A stretch of 64,000 nt of DNA from an uncultured Clostridia bacterium (lineage in GTDB: Bacteria; Bacillota; Clostridia; Christensenellales; CAG-917), in assembly GCA_944372795.1 (NCBI GenBank), contig CALWAF010000002.1, positions 72,558 to 136,557 of the forward strand. The letters are read 5' to 3'. Below are positions 7,142-16,591 of this stretch, one piece after another. Each line of letters opens with the position of its first letter. Positions within the stretch are counted from its first letter, which is position 1. The position numbers and the translations under genes are program-made. The notes under the pieces are model-generated. The model had not been told where the DNA came from, searched no databases, and saw only the letters and a program-made list of their open reading frames with translations.

Positions 7142-7765
7142 GCGAAGCAAGACGCTTTCGCCTTTTCCTACGGCTTATAAAAGGCACAAAGTCTGCTGAA
7201 ACGTTATACCTATTCGGCGTCATGACCTTATGGCGAACATCCCTCCGCCATTGCATGAGTCGGAGGGATTCTTACCCGTGGCTGACGCGAGTTGTTCGGT
7301 GACGATTTTCCTCCCCGCACGACACTCGTTGATCAACGGCACCACGACGAAAATCCCACACATCTTCCTTTTCCCCTCACATCCTCGCTATTCCGTCGCG
7401 CTTCGCGCTCCTTACGAATCCCTCCATACTATGCGAAGCAAGACGCTTTCGCCCTTATGCCCCACAAAGTGTCCTCACTTTCTCCCCGCGGAAAATTATT
7501 TGCATGGACCTCACGTTGCGGTACTTTGCGGGGACCCCGATTTTAGCGAACATCCCTCCGCCATTGCATGAGTCGGAGGTATCCTTACCCGTGGCTGACG
7601 CGATTTGTTCGGCGGCGCGCACGGCGCGACGCTTTCGCCCTATGCCCCACAAAGTGTCCTCACTTTCTCCCCGCGGAAAATTATTTCGCATGGACCTCAC
7701 GTTGCGGTACTTTGCGGGGACCCCGATTTTAGCGAACATCCCTCCGCCATTGCATGAGTCGGAAG
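7142..7765. repeat. Tandem or dispersed intergenic repeat array (about 186-bp unit)
   Basis: Units at 7442-7627 and 7628-7765 are near-identical over 138 bp, differing by two single-nt indels. A partial 72-bp module sits at 7233-7304. The head motif GCGAAGCAAGACGCTTTCGCC occurs at 7142-7162 and 7433-7453. Each copy carries a CCCTCCG-N13-CGGAGGG hairpin. Confidence 0.85.
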
Positions 7766-7775
7766 GATATTACAA

Positions 7776-7805
7776 TAAAAAACGGGCGGACATTTACGTC
7801 CGCCC
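7776..7805 (-). terminator. Rho-independent terminator of the GPH transporter gene
   Basis: The minus strand reads GGGCGGAC-GTAAAT-GTCCGCCC followed by G TTTTTT, about 25 nt after the stop at 7830. Confidence 0.85.
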
Positions 7806-7829
7806 TTGTGGTGCGCTCCGCGCGGGAGC

Positions 7830-9272
7830 TCAATCGTCGTTGTTGGGGAGCGTGATGAGCTGCTCGTCCTCGTCCGTTTTGTTGAGCTTTTCCTGCATTT
7901 CGGCGACCTGCTTTTTGCCGAGGTTGTAGATGAGCATGAATGACACGAACATCACCACGGCGCCTATCAGCATCAAGCCTATGCTCATCTTTACCATGGC
8001 ATCGGGGACGCCGGGGTCTTGATTGCCGATGGGATCCGCCTGCGGGTTGTAGCCCACCGCCTGCATACAAAGCAGCGGCAGCGAGAGCGCGACACCCTGC
8101 GCGATCTTCCTGAACAGGCTGTATATCGCGTAGACGGAGCCCTCTTCGCGCATACCCGTCTTCAGTTGCTGATAGTCTATACAGTCGTTGACCATCGCCC
8201 ACGTGATCAGGTTGAACATACCGCCGCCCGTTTGGATGAACATGAGCCCGACGATGTAGGTGATCATACCCGTGGTGTTGCCGGGTATGGGGACGCACAG
8301 CATGACGACAGACGCGATGATGCTCAAGAGGAAGGGCATCCCGACAGAAACTTTCTTGCCGAATTTCGCCACGATCTTGGACGTGAACGGCAGGAAGAAG
8401 ACTATCGGGAGATAAGATATGATGGTGCAGACGGTGATGAGGCTCGCGTTATGGAAATGGATCTGGAAGAGCCACTTGGAGGTGTGCGAGCCGGACATGA
8501 AGAAGACGATGGATGCAAACGACGCAAGGCAAAGCGCAAGCAGAGGTCTGTTGTGCAAGAAGCCTTTCAGCGTCTTGAGATAGTTGATCTTCTCACGCCT
8601 CTCGGGAGGCACGATTACACGTTCCGTCGTCATCCTGATGCAGAGGAAATAGGCGACGAACGCGACGACGCCCAACCCCAGCGCCACCCACACGAGGATG
8701 TCGCCCATCAGGTTTTCCTGCTCGTCGTAAAGCAGGAGGGGAAGCAACATGCTGATGCCGCCGCCGGCTGCGGCGCCGATGGAACGCCACGTCGAGAGCG
8801 AAGTCCTCTCAAGCGGATCCGCCGTGATGGCTGCGGAGAGGGACCCGTACGGCACGTTCATCAGCGTGTAGCAAACGTCCCAGCTGAGATAGGTCACTAT
8901 ACACAGCGTGACTTTGAGCCATAGCTCGGCATCGGGCAACGGCAGGAACACCAACGCCCCCGTCACAGTGAGCCCCACCGCCGCAATGGTCATCCACGGT
9001 TTGAACTTGGAGCCGCTTTTGCCTATGCGCACCGAGTCCATGATCCCGCCCATGATGGGGTCGTTGATGCCGTCCCACACCTTGGTGAAGATGATGATCG
9101 CCGACCATATCGCGCCGGGGATGCCCATATATTGGGTGTAAAAGTCGAGCATGAACGCCGAGATGAGCGAAAAGCTCAAGTTGCACCCGAAATCCCCTAG
9201 GGCATATCCCACCTTGTCGCGCATACCGAAAGGCCGCACGTCTTTTTTGATCTCATAACATGCTTCCTGCAT
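7830..9272 (-). CDS. Glycoside-pentoside-hexuronide (GPH):cation symporter family MFS transporter
   Basis: 480-aa, roughly 12-TM ORF. The N-terminal RDKVGYALGDFGCNLSFSLISAFMLDFYT is typical of MelB/GPH symporters. A GGGGGA SD is present, and the gene lies downstream of the GH2 gene. Confidence 0.8.
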   Translation of the reverse strand: MQEACYEIKKDVRPFGMRDKVGYALGDFGCNLSFSLISAFMLDFYTQYMGIPGAIWSAIIIFTKVWDGINDPIMGGIMDSVRIGKSGSKFKPWMTIAAVGLTVTGALVFLPLPDAELWLKVTLCIVTYLSWDVCYTLMNVPYGSLSAAITADPLERTSLSTWRSIGAAAGGGISMLLPLLLYDEQENLMGDILVWVALGLGVVAFVAYFLCIRMTTERVIVPPERREKINYLKTLKGFLHNRPLLALCLASFASIVFFMSGSHTSKWLFQIHFHNASLITVCTIISYLPIVFFLPFTSKIVAKFGKKVSVGMPFLLSIIASVVMLCVPIPGNTTGMITYIVGLMFIQTGGGMFNLITWAMVNDCIDYQQLKTGMREEGSVYAIYSLFRKIAQGVALSLPLLCMQAVGYNPQADPIGNQDPGVPDAMVKMSIGLMLIGAVVMFVSFMLIYNLGKKQVAEMQEKLNKTDEDEQLITLPNNDD

Positions 9273-9348
9273 GGTTTCCCCCTTGTCACTTGTTTTGCTT
9301 CTGCAGCAGACGCCTGCGCATACCGCCGTGCGGGCAGTTGCCCGTGTG

Positions 9349-11493
9349 TCACTTCTTTATCGTCTGCAGATATCTGTCCACCATCGAGATCATCTGCTCG
9401 TCCATTTTGACGAAAGGCAGCTTCATGAGCGTCCTGACGCGGAAGGGCTTGACCAGCGCGAGCAGGAACTTCGGCACCTTGTTGCCGACGAACTTCTTGA
9501 TGAGCACCTGCACCTCGGCGTTCTTCACGAGGTCGCCCACTTTATCTGCGGTGCTGAAACGCGTGGGATCTATCTCGTCGGAGTCGGACGCGAACCAATT
9601 GCGCACGAAGCTCTCGCAGCCTTCGGGCATACGATACTCCGCGGGTTCCTCGTCCACGCCCTCTATCTCGAGGGTGTCCGTGAGCCCTCCCGATGTGACC
9701 TTGACAAGGTTGCTCCCCTTCTTTATCGGCACTGCCGCGAACTTGAAGACGTGCGCGCCTTCGAGTTCCGCGGAATATTCCCCCACCTCGAGTTTCACCT
9801 TGTCCACGTTGCCGTACACTTTGATCTCGGAAGGACCCGCCTTACGCTTCAGATACCTCTCCCCCGCGATCTTGACGAAGGGCTCGTCCGACCACCACGC
9901 CTTGTAGACATAGAAGGAGTCCTTTTTCACGGCACGGTCTATGGTGACGAGCCCCTTGTTGTTGCGTCCTCTGACGCCGCCCTCGTTCCTCGCTGCGGAA
10001 CCGAAGTCGAACATATTCCAGACATAGCTGCCCCACAGCCAGTCGGCGGCGGCGATCCGCTCAATATAATTCTCGTGGTAGACTGCCTGATAAGACTCCG
10101 AGTAGTCCCCGGGCACGGGCGCGGGATTCTGATATTTTATTATGCCCTCCGCGCCGTACTCCGAAAGACAGAGTTTCTTGTCGGGAGCCACCTCGCGCCA
10201 ATTTTTCATCCACTTGTCAAGGTCGCGGAAAGTGCCGACATACCAGCCGAAGTAGTGGTTGTAGCCGAGGATATCCGTGACGGAGTTGAGGGGGGAATCC
10301 GCAGGGCACATCGTCACCGCAGCCATGACGGTGGGACGGGTGTCGTCCATGCTCTTCGCAAGTTCGTTAAGTTCGACAAGCGCCTTCTTGAGCCCCTTGC
10401 TCTCCCCCGCTATCGTGATCTCGTTGGAGATGCTCCAAGTGAATATCGAAGGATGGTTTTTTGCCTGAAGAATGAGTTCTTTCAGTTGAGAGAGTGCGTT
10501 TAACTGCCGTTTCGGTGAAAATCGGGAGATGACGGGCACTTCCGCCCACACCAGCAGACCCGCCCTGTCGCACAGTGTATAGAAATAGTCGGAATGCTGA
10601 TAATGCGCGAGTCGCACGGAGTTCGCGCCCACCTCTTTGATGAGTCTTATATCCTCTTCGTGCATCTCGGGAGTGAGAGCGTTGCCCACACCCTCCCTGT
10701 CCTGATGGCGGGACACGCCCTTGATCTTCAGGTGTCTGCCGTTCAGGAAAAAGCCTTTGTCGCTGTCGAAGGAGAAATATCTGAACGCGGTCTCCACCTT
10801 GACCGAGTCGCCGCCCTCTATCGCCGCAGTCAGTGTGTAAAGATAGGGGTCATCGACATCCCAAAGGTGAGGCGAGGTGACTTTTATGACGGCTTTGCCG
10901 TCCGCGCCCTTTGCCTTCGCTGCGCCCACGGCATTGCCCTCCGCATCGTTCAGCACGAACAGGACGGACGCGCCCTTCGCGCTTTCGGACACCTCGAAGT
11001 CGATGCCGACCTCCCATGCACCCTCCTTCTTGCGCGGCGTCACCCACACGCCCGTGCCGTTTGACGTGGGCAGGAAATGTTTGTCGGGACAGAGCAGCAG
11101 GTTCACTCCCCTGTAAAGTCCGCCGTAGAAGGTGAAGTCCGCCATGGTCGGGTATACCGCGTCGTTCGGCGAATTGTCCACCGCGATCTCGAGCTTCGCT
11201 TCCTTCCCGAGCTTGCCGGTGAGCTCCGTCCAAAATGCCGAGTAGCCCCCTTCGTGTCTGCATAGGCTGACACCGTCGAGGAAGACTTCCGCCACGGAAT
11301 TTGCCGCGAGGACTTCAAGATAACACACTCCATTTTCGGGCGCGAGCGTCTTGGAATAGACGCCTTTGGTGCGCAGATATCCGTTCGTGCCGTCCTGACC
11401 GTCGGAGCCGTTCCAAGTGTGCGGCAGATCTACGCCGAAACTTTTTCCGTCAAGTTGCAGTTGCCAATTGGCGTTCAGACTTACTCTTTCCAT
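9349..11493 (-). CDS. Glycoside hydrolase family 2 (beta-galactosidase/beta-glucuronidase-like)
   Basis: 714-aa ORF. It has the GH2-type N-terminal sugar-binding region (NANWQL..LPHTWN) and HPSIFTWSISNE, the acid/base NE motif. The TIM-barrel segment RLAHYQHSDYFYTLCDRAGLLVWAE is also present. Confidence 0.85.
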   Translation of the reverse strand: MERVSLNANWQLQLDGKSFGVDLPHTWNGSDGQDGTNGYLRTKGVYSKTLAPENGVCYLEVLAANSVAEVFLDGVSLCRHEGGYSAFWTELTGKLGKEAKLEIAVDNSPNDAVYPTMADFTFYGGLYRGVNLLLCPDKHFLPTSNGTGVWVTPRKKEGAWEVGIDFEVSESAKGASVLFVLNDAEGNAVGAAKAKGADGKAVIKVTSPHLWDVDDPYLYTLTAAIEGGDSVKVETAFRYFSFDSDKGFFLNGRHLKIKGVSRHQDREGVGNALTPEMHEEDIRLIKEVGANSVRLAHYQHSDYFYTLCDRAGLLVWAEVPVISRFSPKRQLNALSQLKELILQAKNHPSIFTWSISNEITIAGESKGLKKALVELNELAKSMDDTRPTVMAAVTMCPADSPLNSVTDILGYNHYFGWYVGTFRDLDKWMKNWREVAPDKKLCLSEYGAEGIIKYQNPAPVPGDYSESYQAVYHENYIERIAAADWLWGSYVWNMFDFGSAARNEGGVRGRNNKGLVTIDRAVKKDSFYVYKAWWSDEPFVKIAGERYLKRKAGPSEIKVYGNVDKVKLEVGEYSAELEGAHVFKFAAVPIKKGSNLVKVTSGGLTDTLEIEGVDEEPAEYRMPEGCESFVRNWFASDSDEIDPTRFSTADKVGDLVKNAEVQVLIKKFVGNKVPKFLLALVKPFRVRTLMKLPFVKMDEQMISMVDRYLQTIKK

Positions 11494-11728
11494 ATTCCCT
11501 CTATGCGCGCATATTCGCGTTTCTTATAAAAAAGTATACAATGTTAAATAGGCATCTTTCAACCCCGAATTTTGCTCCCTACACCCAAAGCGACTTTTTT
11601 GCCAAGAAATGCCAACCCGATGACAAGATATGCAATGCTTTACCGCGTTTTTGCGATCCCGCCGGATAGAACGGCGCCCTGCGTTTTGTGCTTTCTGTCG
11701 AAAAAAACGACCTACACCCTACGTTTCG

Positions 11729-11758
11729 TTGACAGCCGCGTCGCTTTTGCGCTATCAT
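11729..11758 (+). promoter_or_regulatory. Candidate promoter for pnuC
   Basis: TTGACA (11729-11734), an 18-nt spacer, then TATCAT (11753-11758). Confidence 0.4.
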
Positions 11759-11787
11759 TCCGACACTGCCACCGGGTAGGGATGTTC

Positions 11788-11842
11788 CATCCGCAGATGC
11801 ACCGTTAGGTCTTTGAAGGTGTATCGGCGGATGTTGTTTTTT
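11788..11842 (+). promoter_or_regulatory. Terminator-like attenuator hairpin in the pnuC leader
   Basis: CATCCGC..GCACC-(14-nt loop)-GGTGT..GCGGATG is followed by TTGTTTTTT. It ends about 3 nt before the GAGGTG SD and 10 nt before the ATG at 11852. Confidence 0.45.
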
Positions 11843-11851
11843 GAGGTGAAC

Positions 11852-12664
11852 ATGAAAGACGGCGAAAGCATAGGACGGACCGCCATCACAACGGAGCGCA
11901 CGTCATGGACGGACGCACTGCGCCGTTTCGTGCGCTATTTCACGCCCTTCGAGATCGCGCTTTGGGCGTGCTCCGTGGTGCTCATCTCGGTGGCGTACGG
12001 CGTCTTCGACGGCGAAAGACCTCTCAATCTCGCAGCCTCTCTGATCGGCGCGACTTCCCTAATCCTTACGGCAAAGGGCAATGCGATGGGGCAGGTGCTC
12101 ATCATCGTGTTCAGCGTGCTCTACGGCATCATCTCCTACTCCTACGCCTATTACGGCGAGATGATCACTTATCTCGGCATGTCCGCTCCGATAGCCCTGC
12201 TCGCCGTCATAGCGTGGCTGAAAAACCCGTATGCGGGGAAAAAGAGCGAAGTCAGGGTGAACAGGATCCCCATCCGCGAGCACATATTCCTGTGGGCGCT
12301 AGCCGCAGCCGTCACCACGGCGTTTTACTTCATTCTGGAAGCGTTCGACACCGCAAATCTCATCCCCAGCACGGTGTCCGTGACGACAAGTTTCGTCGCC
12401 GCCTACCTCACCTTCCGCCGCAGTCCACTCTACGCCCTCGCCTACGCCGCAAACGACATCGTGCTCATCGTGCTGTGGGTGCTTGCCGCCATAGACGACA
12501 TCACATACGTGTCCGTGGTCATATGCTTTATCACCTTCCTTGTTAATGACCTCTACGGTTTCATAAGCTGGTCAAGGATGAAGCGCAGACAGCACGCGGA
12601 CACGGACACGGTCTACGTCCGAAGCGCCTCTCACGCGGGAAAAGGTGTCGCGGAAAAAGCGTAA
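11852..12664 (+). CDS. pnuC: PnuC-family nicotinamide riboside (vitamin) transporter
   Basis: The 270-aa membrane ORF starts at an internal ATG with a GAGGTG SD. The Trp/Asn-rich helices (AWLKNPY, ANDIVLIVLWVLAA, LVNDLYGFISWSR) resemble PnuC. Confidence 0.65.
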   Translation: MKDGESIGRTAITTERTSWTDALRRFVRYFTPFEIALWACSVVLISVAYGVFDGERPLNLAASLIGATSLILTAKGNAMGQVLIIVFSVLYGIISYSYAYYGEMITYLGMSAPIALLAVIAWLKNPYAGKKSEVRVNRIPIREHIFLWALAAAVTTAFYFILEAFDTANLIPSTVSVTTSFVAAYLTFRRSPLYALAYAANDIVLIVLWVLAAIDDITYVSVVICFITFLVNDLYGFISWSRMKRRQHADTDTVYVRSASHAGKGVAEKA

Positions 12665-12707
12665 ATTACAATAAACACGGTTTTAAGTTCCGTTTTGAAA
12701 AGATAAA

Positions 12708-12738
12708 CGCGCCGCTTTTGCGGCGCGCTTTCGTTTTA
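12708..12738. terminator. Bidirectional terminator between pnuC and the flavodiiron gene
   Basis: A perfect 8-bp GC stem CGCGCCGC-TTTT-GCGGCGCG has T-rich flanks on both strands. Confidence 0.7.
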
Positions 12739-12756
12739 CGATTTCACAACTCAAAG

Positions 12757-13911
12757 TTATTTGCCCAGCAACTCGTCGGCAAGACGGGCGCAAAGCTCGC
12801 TTAAGTTCTCGGGCACCGAAGAGCGACAGGTGATCATGGTGGGCATGATCTCGATCTCCTTCATCTCTTCGAGAAGTCCGCGCATGAGCTTGCCCGACAT
12901 GGGCGCCCAAGAGCCGTTCTCGATGATGCCTACCCGTCTCTTCTGATAGTTCTTCGCCTTGAGGTGGCGAAGGAAGTCGTCCATCACGGGGAAGATCCCG
13001 CCGTCGAGAGTGGTCGCGGCGAACACCGCTTTGTCGTATCTGAACGCATCTTCGACGGCTTCTGCGAGGTCGCAGCGCGCAAGATCGGTCACCACGACTT
13101 TTTCTCCCCTGCTCTCCAGCTCTTCCGCAAGCGCGAGAGCCGCCTGACGGGTGTTGCCGTACACTCCGCCGAATGCCACAAAAGTGCCCTCGCTCTCCGC
13201 GCGGTAGCTGCTCCAAGTGTCATAGAGGGAGAGATACTTCCCTAGGTCCTCGTCCAACACGGGACCGTGAAGGGGACAGATCGCCGCGATGTCGAGGGGT
13301 GCAAGCTTTTTAAGGAGCGCCTGCACCTGCACGCCGTATTTGCCCACGATGTTGAAGTAGTATCTGCGCGCCTCGCACGCCCAATCGTCCGTTTCGTTGC
13401 AAAGTGCGCCGAATTTGCCGAAGGCGTCCGCCGCAAAGAGGACCTTTTCCGCACTCTCATAGCTGACCATGACTTCCGGCCAATGCACCATGGGCGCGGC
13501 ATAGAAAGTGAGCTCGTGCTCGCCGAGGGAGAGTTTGTCGCCCTCTTTCACCACGAGTTTAGAAGGCAGGTCTACACCGTAGAAGTTTTTGAACATCTCC
13601 AGCGCCTTCGCACTGCCTACCGCCGTGACGGAAGGATACTTCGCCGCAAACGCCGCGATGCCAGCGGAGTGATCGGGTTCCATATGCGAGATGACAAGAT
13701 AATCGGGCGTCCTGCCGCCGAGTGCGTTCTCGACATTCTCCAGCCACTGCGCGATCTTCGCCTTGTCCACGGCATCCATGACGGCGATCTTGTCGTCGAG
13801 GATGACGTAGGAATTGTAGCTCATCCCGTCGGGGACGACATACTGCCCTTCGAAGAGGTCGAGGGAGGTGTCGTCGACGCCGACGTATGCTATGTTCTTA
13901 AAATTTTTCAT
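12757..13911 (-). CDS. FprA-type flavodiiron protein (metallo-beta-lactamase-like plus flavodoxin domains)
   Basis: 384-aa ORF. The di-iron motif ISHMEPDHSAG sits in an MBL-like N-terminal domain. The C-terminal domain is flavodoxin-like (VAFGGVYGNT..). Confidence 0.85.
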   Translation of the reverse strand: MKNFKNIAYVGVDDTSLDLFEGQYVVPDGMSYNSYVILDDKIAVMDAVDKAKIAQWLENVENALGGRTPDYLVISHMEPDHSAGIAAFAAKYPSVTAVGSAKALEMFKNFYGVDLPSKLVVKEGDKLSLGEHELTFYAAPMVHWPEVMVSYESAEKVLFAADAFGKFGALCNETDDWACEARRYYFNIVGKYGVQVQALLKKLAPLDIAAICPLHGPVLDEDLGKYLSLYDTWSSYRAESEGTFVAFGGVYGNTRQAALALAEELESRGEKVVVTDLARCDLAEAVEDAFRYDKAVFAATTLDGGIFPVMDDFLRHLKAKNYQKRRVGIIENGSWAPMSGKLMRGLLEEMKEIEIMPTMITCRSSVPENLSELCARLADELLGK

Positions 13912-13951
13912 CTTTATCTCCGAAAAAAACGTATTTTCTCATTTATTGCGC

Positions 13952-14980
13952 TCACCACGCATTGACGACGTACTCACAGAAGGCATACATATCCTTTATC
14001 TCTATGCGGGTGCCGTCGTCGAGGACGGCAAAGCCGTTCCAGAGCCCGTGCACCTGATGCGTCTTCATCCCGAGTTCGCCGAGGACGATAACGCCCGTCG
14101 CATTGTCGAAAAAAGGAGTCATGGTCACGTCGAATCTGCCGTCGGACGATGTGAAGTGCCAAGGTTTCATCCACGCGTTTCCGTCGCCCGGGAATTTCTC
14201 CACGTCCACGGCGTCTATCTTGTGCGCCTTGCCGTCGAAAAAGAGGCAGGTCTCGGTGGCGGCGGACTCGTCGCCTATCTTCCACGTGATCTCGAAGCCG
14301 AAGCGTTTCCCGTCGATGTAAGTGGAGCCGTTGCCCCAATACCACACGTTCTTGTGAGGCCACACCCCTCTGCCCCAGTCCAGCACGCCGAAGGCGGACG
14401 GGGGAGCGAAGGTGTACGTCTTTCCTCCCGCGCAGACGCTGCCCGTGCAGGGCATACAGTTGTGCTTGGTGGTGAGGAAGAACCTGTCCGGCATCCCCTT
14501 GAACGGGGTGACGATCGTGATGTTTTCGTCGTCCTTTTCAAAGGAGAGCGTGAGGTCGGCAGTGAGAGGCTGCCCCTTCGCTTTCCCCGAGAAGGTGATG
14601 TGACGGGACGTCTCGGTGGTCTCGAAGCGGAGTTTCACGCCGCCCTTTTCGTAGTCGAAGACATTGGGACGGTCGGAGACTTCGGGCAGAAGATAACGCT
14701 TCTTCGTGCCGAGGGTGATCGACGCGCACTCGTGCCTTTCCCCCGTTTTCAGGTCGAGCACGCAGGCGGTGGCGGCGGAAGCTATGGTGATGTTGAAGAA
14801 ATTGATCTGCACCATTATCCTGCCGTCGGAGATCTGATAAAAATCCCACTCTTTCAGCCTGCCGCGCCTTTTCACGAGGGAACGGTCGTAGTCGAAAAGA
14901 TTGCGACGCGCCCAGCCGCGCACGGCGAGCATCCCCGACTCATCCAGAAGTTTTGTCCGCGACGTGATCTCCTTTTGCAT
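13952..14980 (-). CDS. DUF2804-like protein of unknown function
   Basis: 342-aa soluble ORF. The N-terminal GWARRNLFDYDRS..RLKEWDFYQI pattern matches DUF2804 as I remember it. A GAGGTG SD is present. Confidence 0.5.
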   Translation of the reverse strand: MQKEITSRTKLLDESGMLAVRGWARRNLFDYDRSLVKRRGRLKEWDFYQISDGRIMVQINFFNITIASAATACVLDLKTGERHECASITLGTKKRYLLPEVSDRPNVFDYEKGGVKLRFETTETSRHITFSGKAKGQPLTADLTLSFEKDDENITIVTPFKGMPDRFFLTTKHNCMPCTGSVCAGGKTYTFAPPSAFGVLDWGRGVWPHKNVWYWGNGSTYIDGKRFGFEITWKIGDESAATETCLFFDGKAHKIDAVDVEKFPGDGNAWMKPWHFTSSDGRFDVTMTPFFDNATGVIVLGELGMKTHQVHGLWNGFAVLDDGTRIEIKDMYAFCEYVVNAW

Positions 14981-14988
14981 GACTCACC

Positions 14989-16503
14989 TCACAGTCCGGG
15001 CTTGCGAAGATTATAGCCCTCTTTCTGCCACAGTTTGAACTGCATGTTGAGCTGATCGATGAACTCCTTGTTCGATGAGGTCTTGACCAGCATGTTGAGA
15101 AGATTCTCGGTGGCCTCGGTGCTGTCGCCGACGGCGAGCATCTTTCTGACGCCCCACGCACCCGCGAGCTCGCTGGGAGTAAGCAGCAGCTCCTCTTTGC
15201 GCGTGCCGCTCTTTGCAAGGTCGATGGCGGGGAATATCCTGCGTTCGCTGAGTTTGCGGTCGAGGTGTATCTCCATGTTGCCCGTGCCCTTGAATTCCTC
15301 GAAAATGACGTCGTCCATACGGCTGCCCGTTTCGATGAGTGCGGTCGCGATAATGGTGAGGGAGCCGCCGTGCTCGATGTTGCGCGCCGAGCCGAAGAAA
15401 CGTTTCGGGCTGTGAAGCGCGCCGGGATCGACGCCGCCCGAAAGCGTCCTGCCCGTGGGCGGGATGGTCATGTTGTACGCCCTTGCGAGCCTCGTCAGAC
15501 TGTCCATAAGAATGACGACGTCCTTGCCCATCTCGACGAGGCGTTTCGCGCGATCGAGCAGCATCTCCGCAGTCTTGGTGTGGTGCTCGGGCATCTCGTC
15601 GAAGGTGGAATAGACCACCTCGCCCTTGACCGAGCGCTGCATATCCGTGACTTCCTCGGGACGCTCGTCGATGAGCAGCACGAAGAGGACGATGTCGGGA
15701 TAGTTTTCCGCAATAGACCCCGCGATCATTTTGAGAAGGGTCGTTTTGCCCGCCTTCGGGGGGGACACGATGATGCCGCGCTGTCCCTTGCCGATGGGGG
15801 AAACGATGTCGATGCACCTCGTCGCGTAATCACGCGGACGGGACGGGATCTCCATGCGCAGTCTCTCATCGGGATAGATGGGCACGAGGTCGTCGAAATT
15901 GGGACGTTTGCCGAGCTTCGCAAAGTCGATGCCGTTGACGGACACGACGTTGACCACCGCTGCGGGTTTGCCCTCTTGCAAGGTCTTGCACATGGCGCGC
16001 ACACGGTCGCCTTTGCGCAGTCCGAACTGCTTGATCCTGACTGCGGGGACGTAGGCGTCCATCTCGTTGCACTCACAGTTTCGCACGCGCAGGAAACCGT
16101 AGCCGTCGGGGTTTATCTCAAGGAAACCCTCGCGCATCTGATCGGCGTCCTCACGACGCTTGTCGTCGTGGAAAGCCTGTCCTCTGCGGTCGCCGCGGCG
16201 GAAACCCTGATCCACTTTGACGAGTCTGTCCCCGCGCGGTCTTGCGGCGTGTTCCTCGCTCTCCTGCACGGGTGCGGGCTCTGCGCCCTCTTCGCTCGGG
16301 ACGGGGATCTCGGTCTGTTTCTTGGGGCGTCCGCGTCTCGGCGCCTCGGGGGGAGCCATCTCACCCGACGAGATCTTGAGGATGAGGTCGATGAGCTCCG
16401 CCTTATTCTTTTTGGTGGGGGACGAAATGCCGACTTCTTTGGCAATGTCCCTGATGGCGAAGATGCTTGTGGCTTCCAGCATCTCCTTGGTGTAATCAGC
16501 CAT
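14989..16503 (-). CDS. rho: Transcription termination factor Rho (with an N-terminal insertion)
   Basis: 504-aa ORF. It has a Rho_N-like start, [14 protein letters not shown], the Walker [11 protein letters not shown] and the C-terminal RecA-like ATPase motifs. Confidence 0.95.
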   Translation of the reverse strand: MADYTKEMLEATSIFAIRDIAKEVGISSPTKKNKAELIDLILKISSGEMAPPEAPRRGRPKKQTEIPVPSEEGAEPAPVQESEEHAARPRGDRLVKVDQGFRRGDRRGQAFHDDKRREDADQMREGFLEINPDGYGFLRVRNCECNEMDAYVPAVRIKQFGLRKGDRVRAMCKTLQEGKPAAVVNVVSVNGIDFAKLGKRPNFDDLVPIYPDERLRMEIPSRPRDYATRCIDIVSPIGKGQRGIIVSPPKAGKTTLLKMIAGSIAENYPDIVLFVLLIDERPEEVTDMQRSVKGEVVYSTFDEMPEHHTKTAEMLLDRAKRLVEMGKDVVILMDSLTRLARAYNMTIPPTGRTLSGGVDPGALHSPKRFFGSARNIEHGGSLTIIATALIETGSRMDDVIFEEFKGTGNMEIHLDRKLSERRIFPAIDLAKSGTRKEELLLTPSELAGAWGVRKMLAVGDSTEATENLLNMLVKTSSNKEFIDQLNMQFKLWQKEGYNLRKPGL

Positions 16504-16591
16504 AATGCCTCCTGTCTCCCCGCACGTATATCGCGCGGGGAGAAGATGATGAATTTTCAGTCTTTAGTGCTTCGCGGCGGACGCCGCAGGA

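Noticed and set aside
7233-7262. Repeat core GCGAACATCCCTCCGCCA as a duplicated tRNA-Ser 3' end (att site)
   Set aside because: It resembles TTCGAATCCCTCCTCCTCCGCCA only after two indels, with about 14 matched nt. That is too weak to call an att duplication without a statistical or comparative test.
7142-7765. Possibility that the repeat array is a CRISPR array
   Set aside because: The repeat unit is about 186 bp and essentially the whole unit is repeated, with no unique spacers. There are only 2-3 copies and no cas genes in the window.
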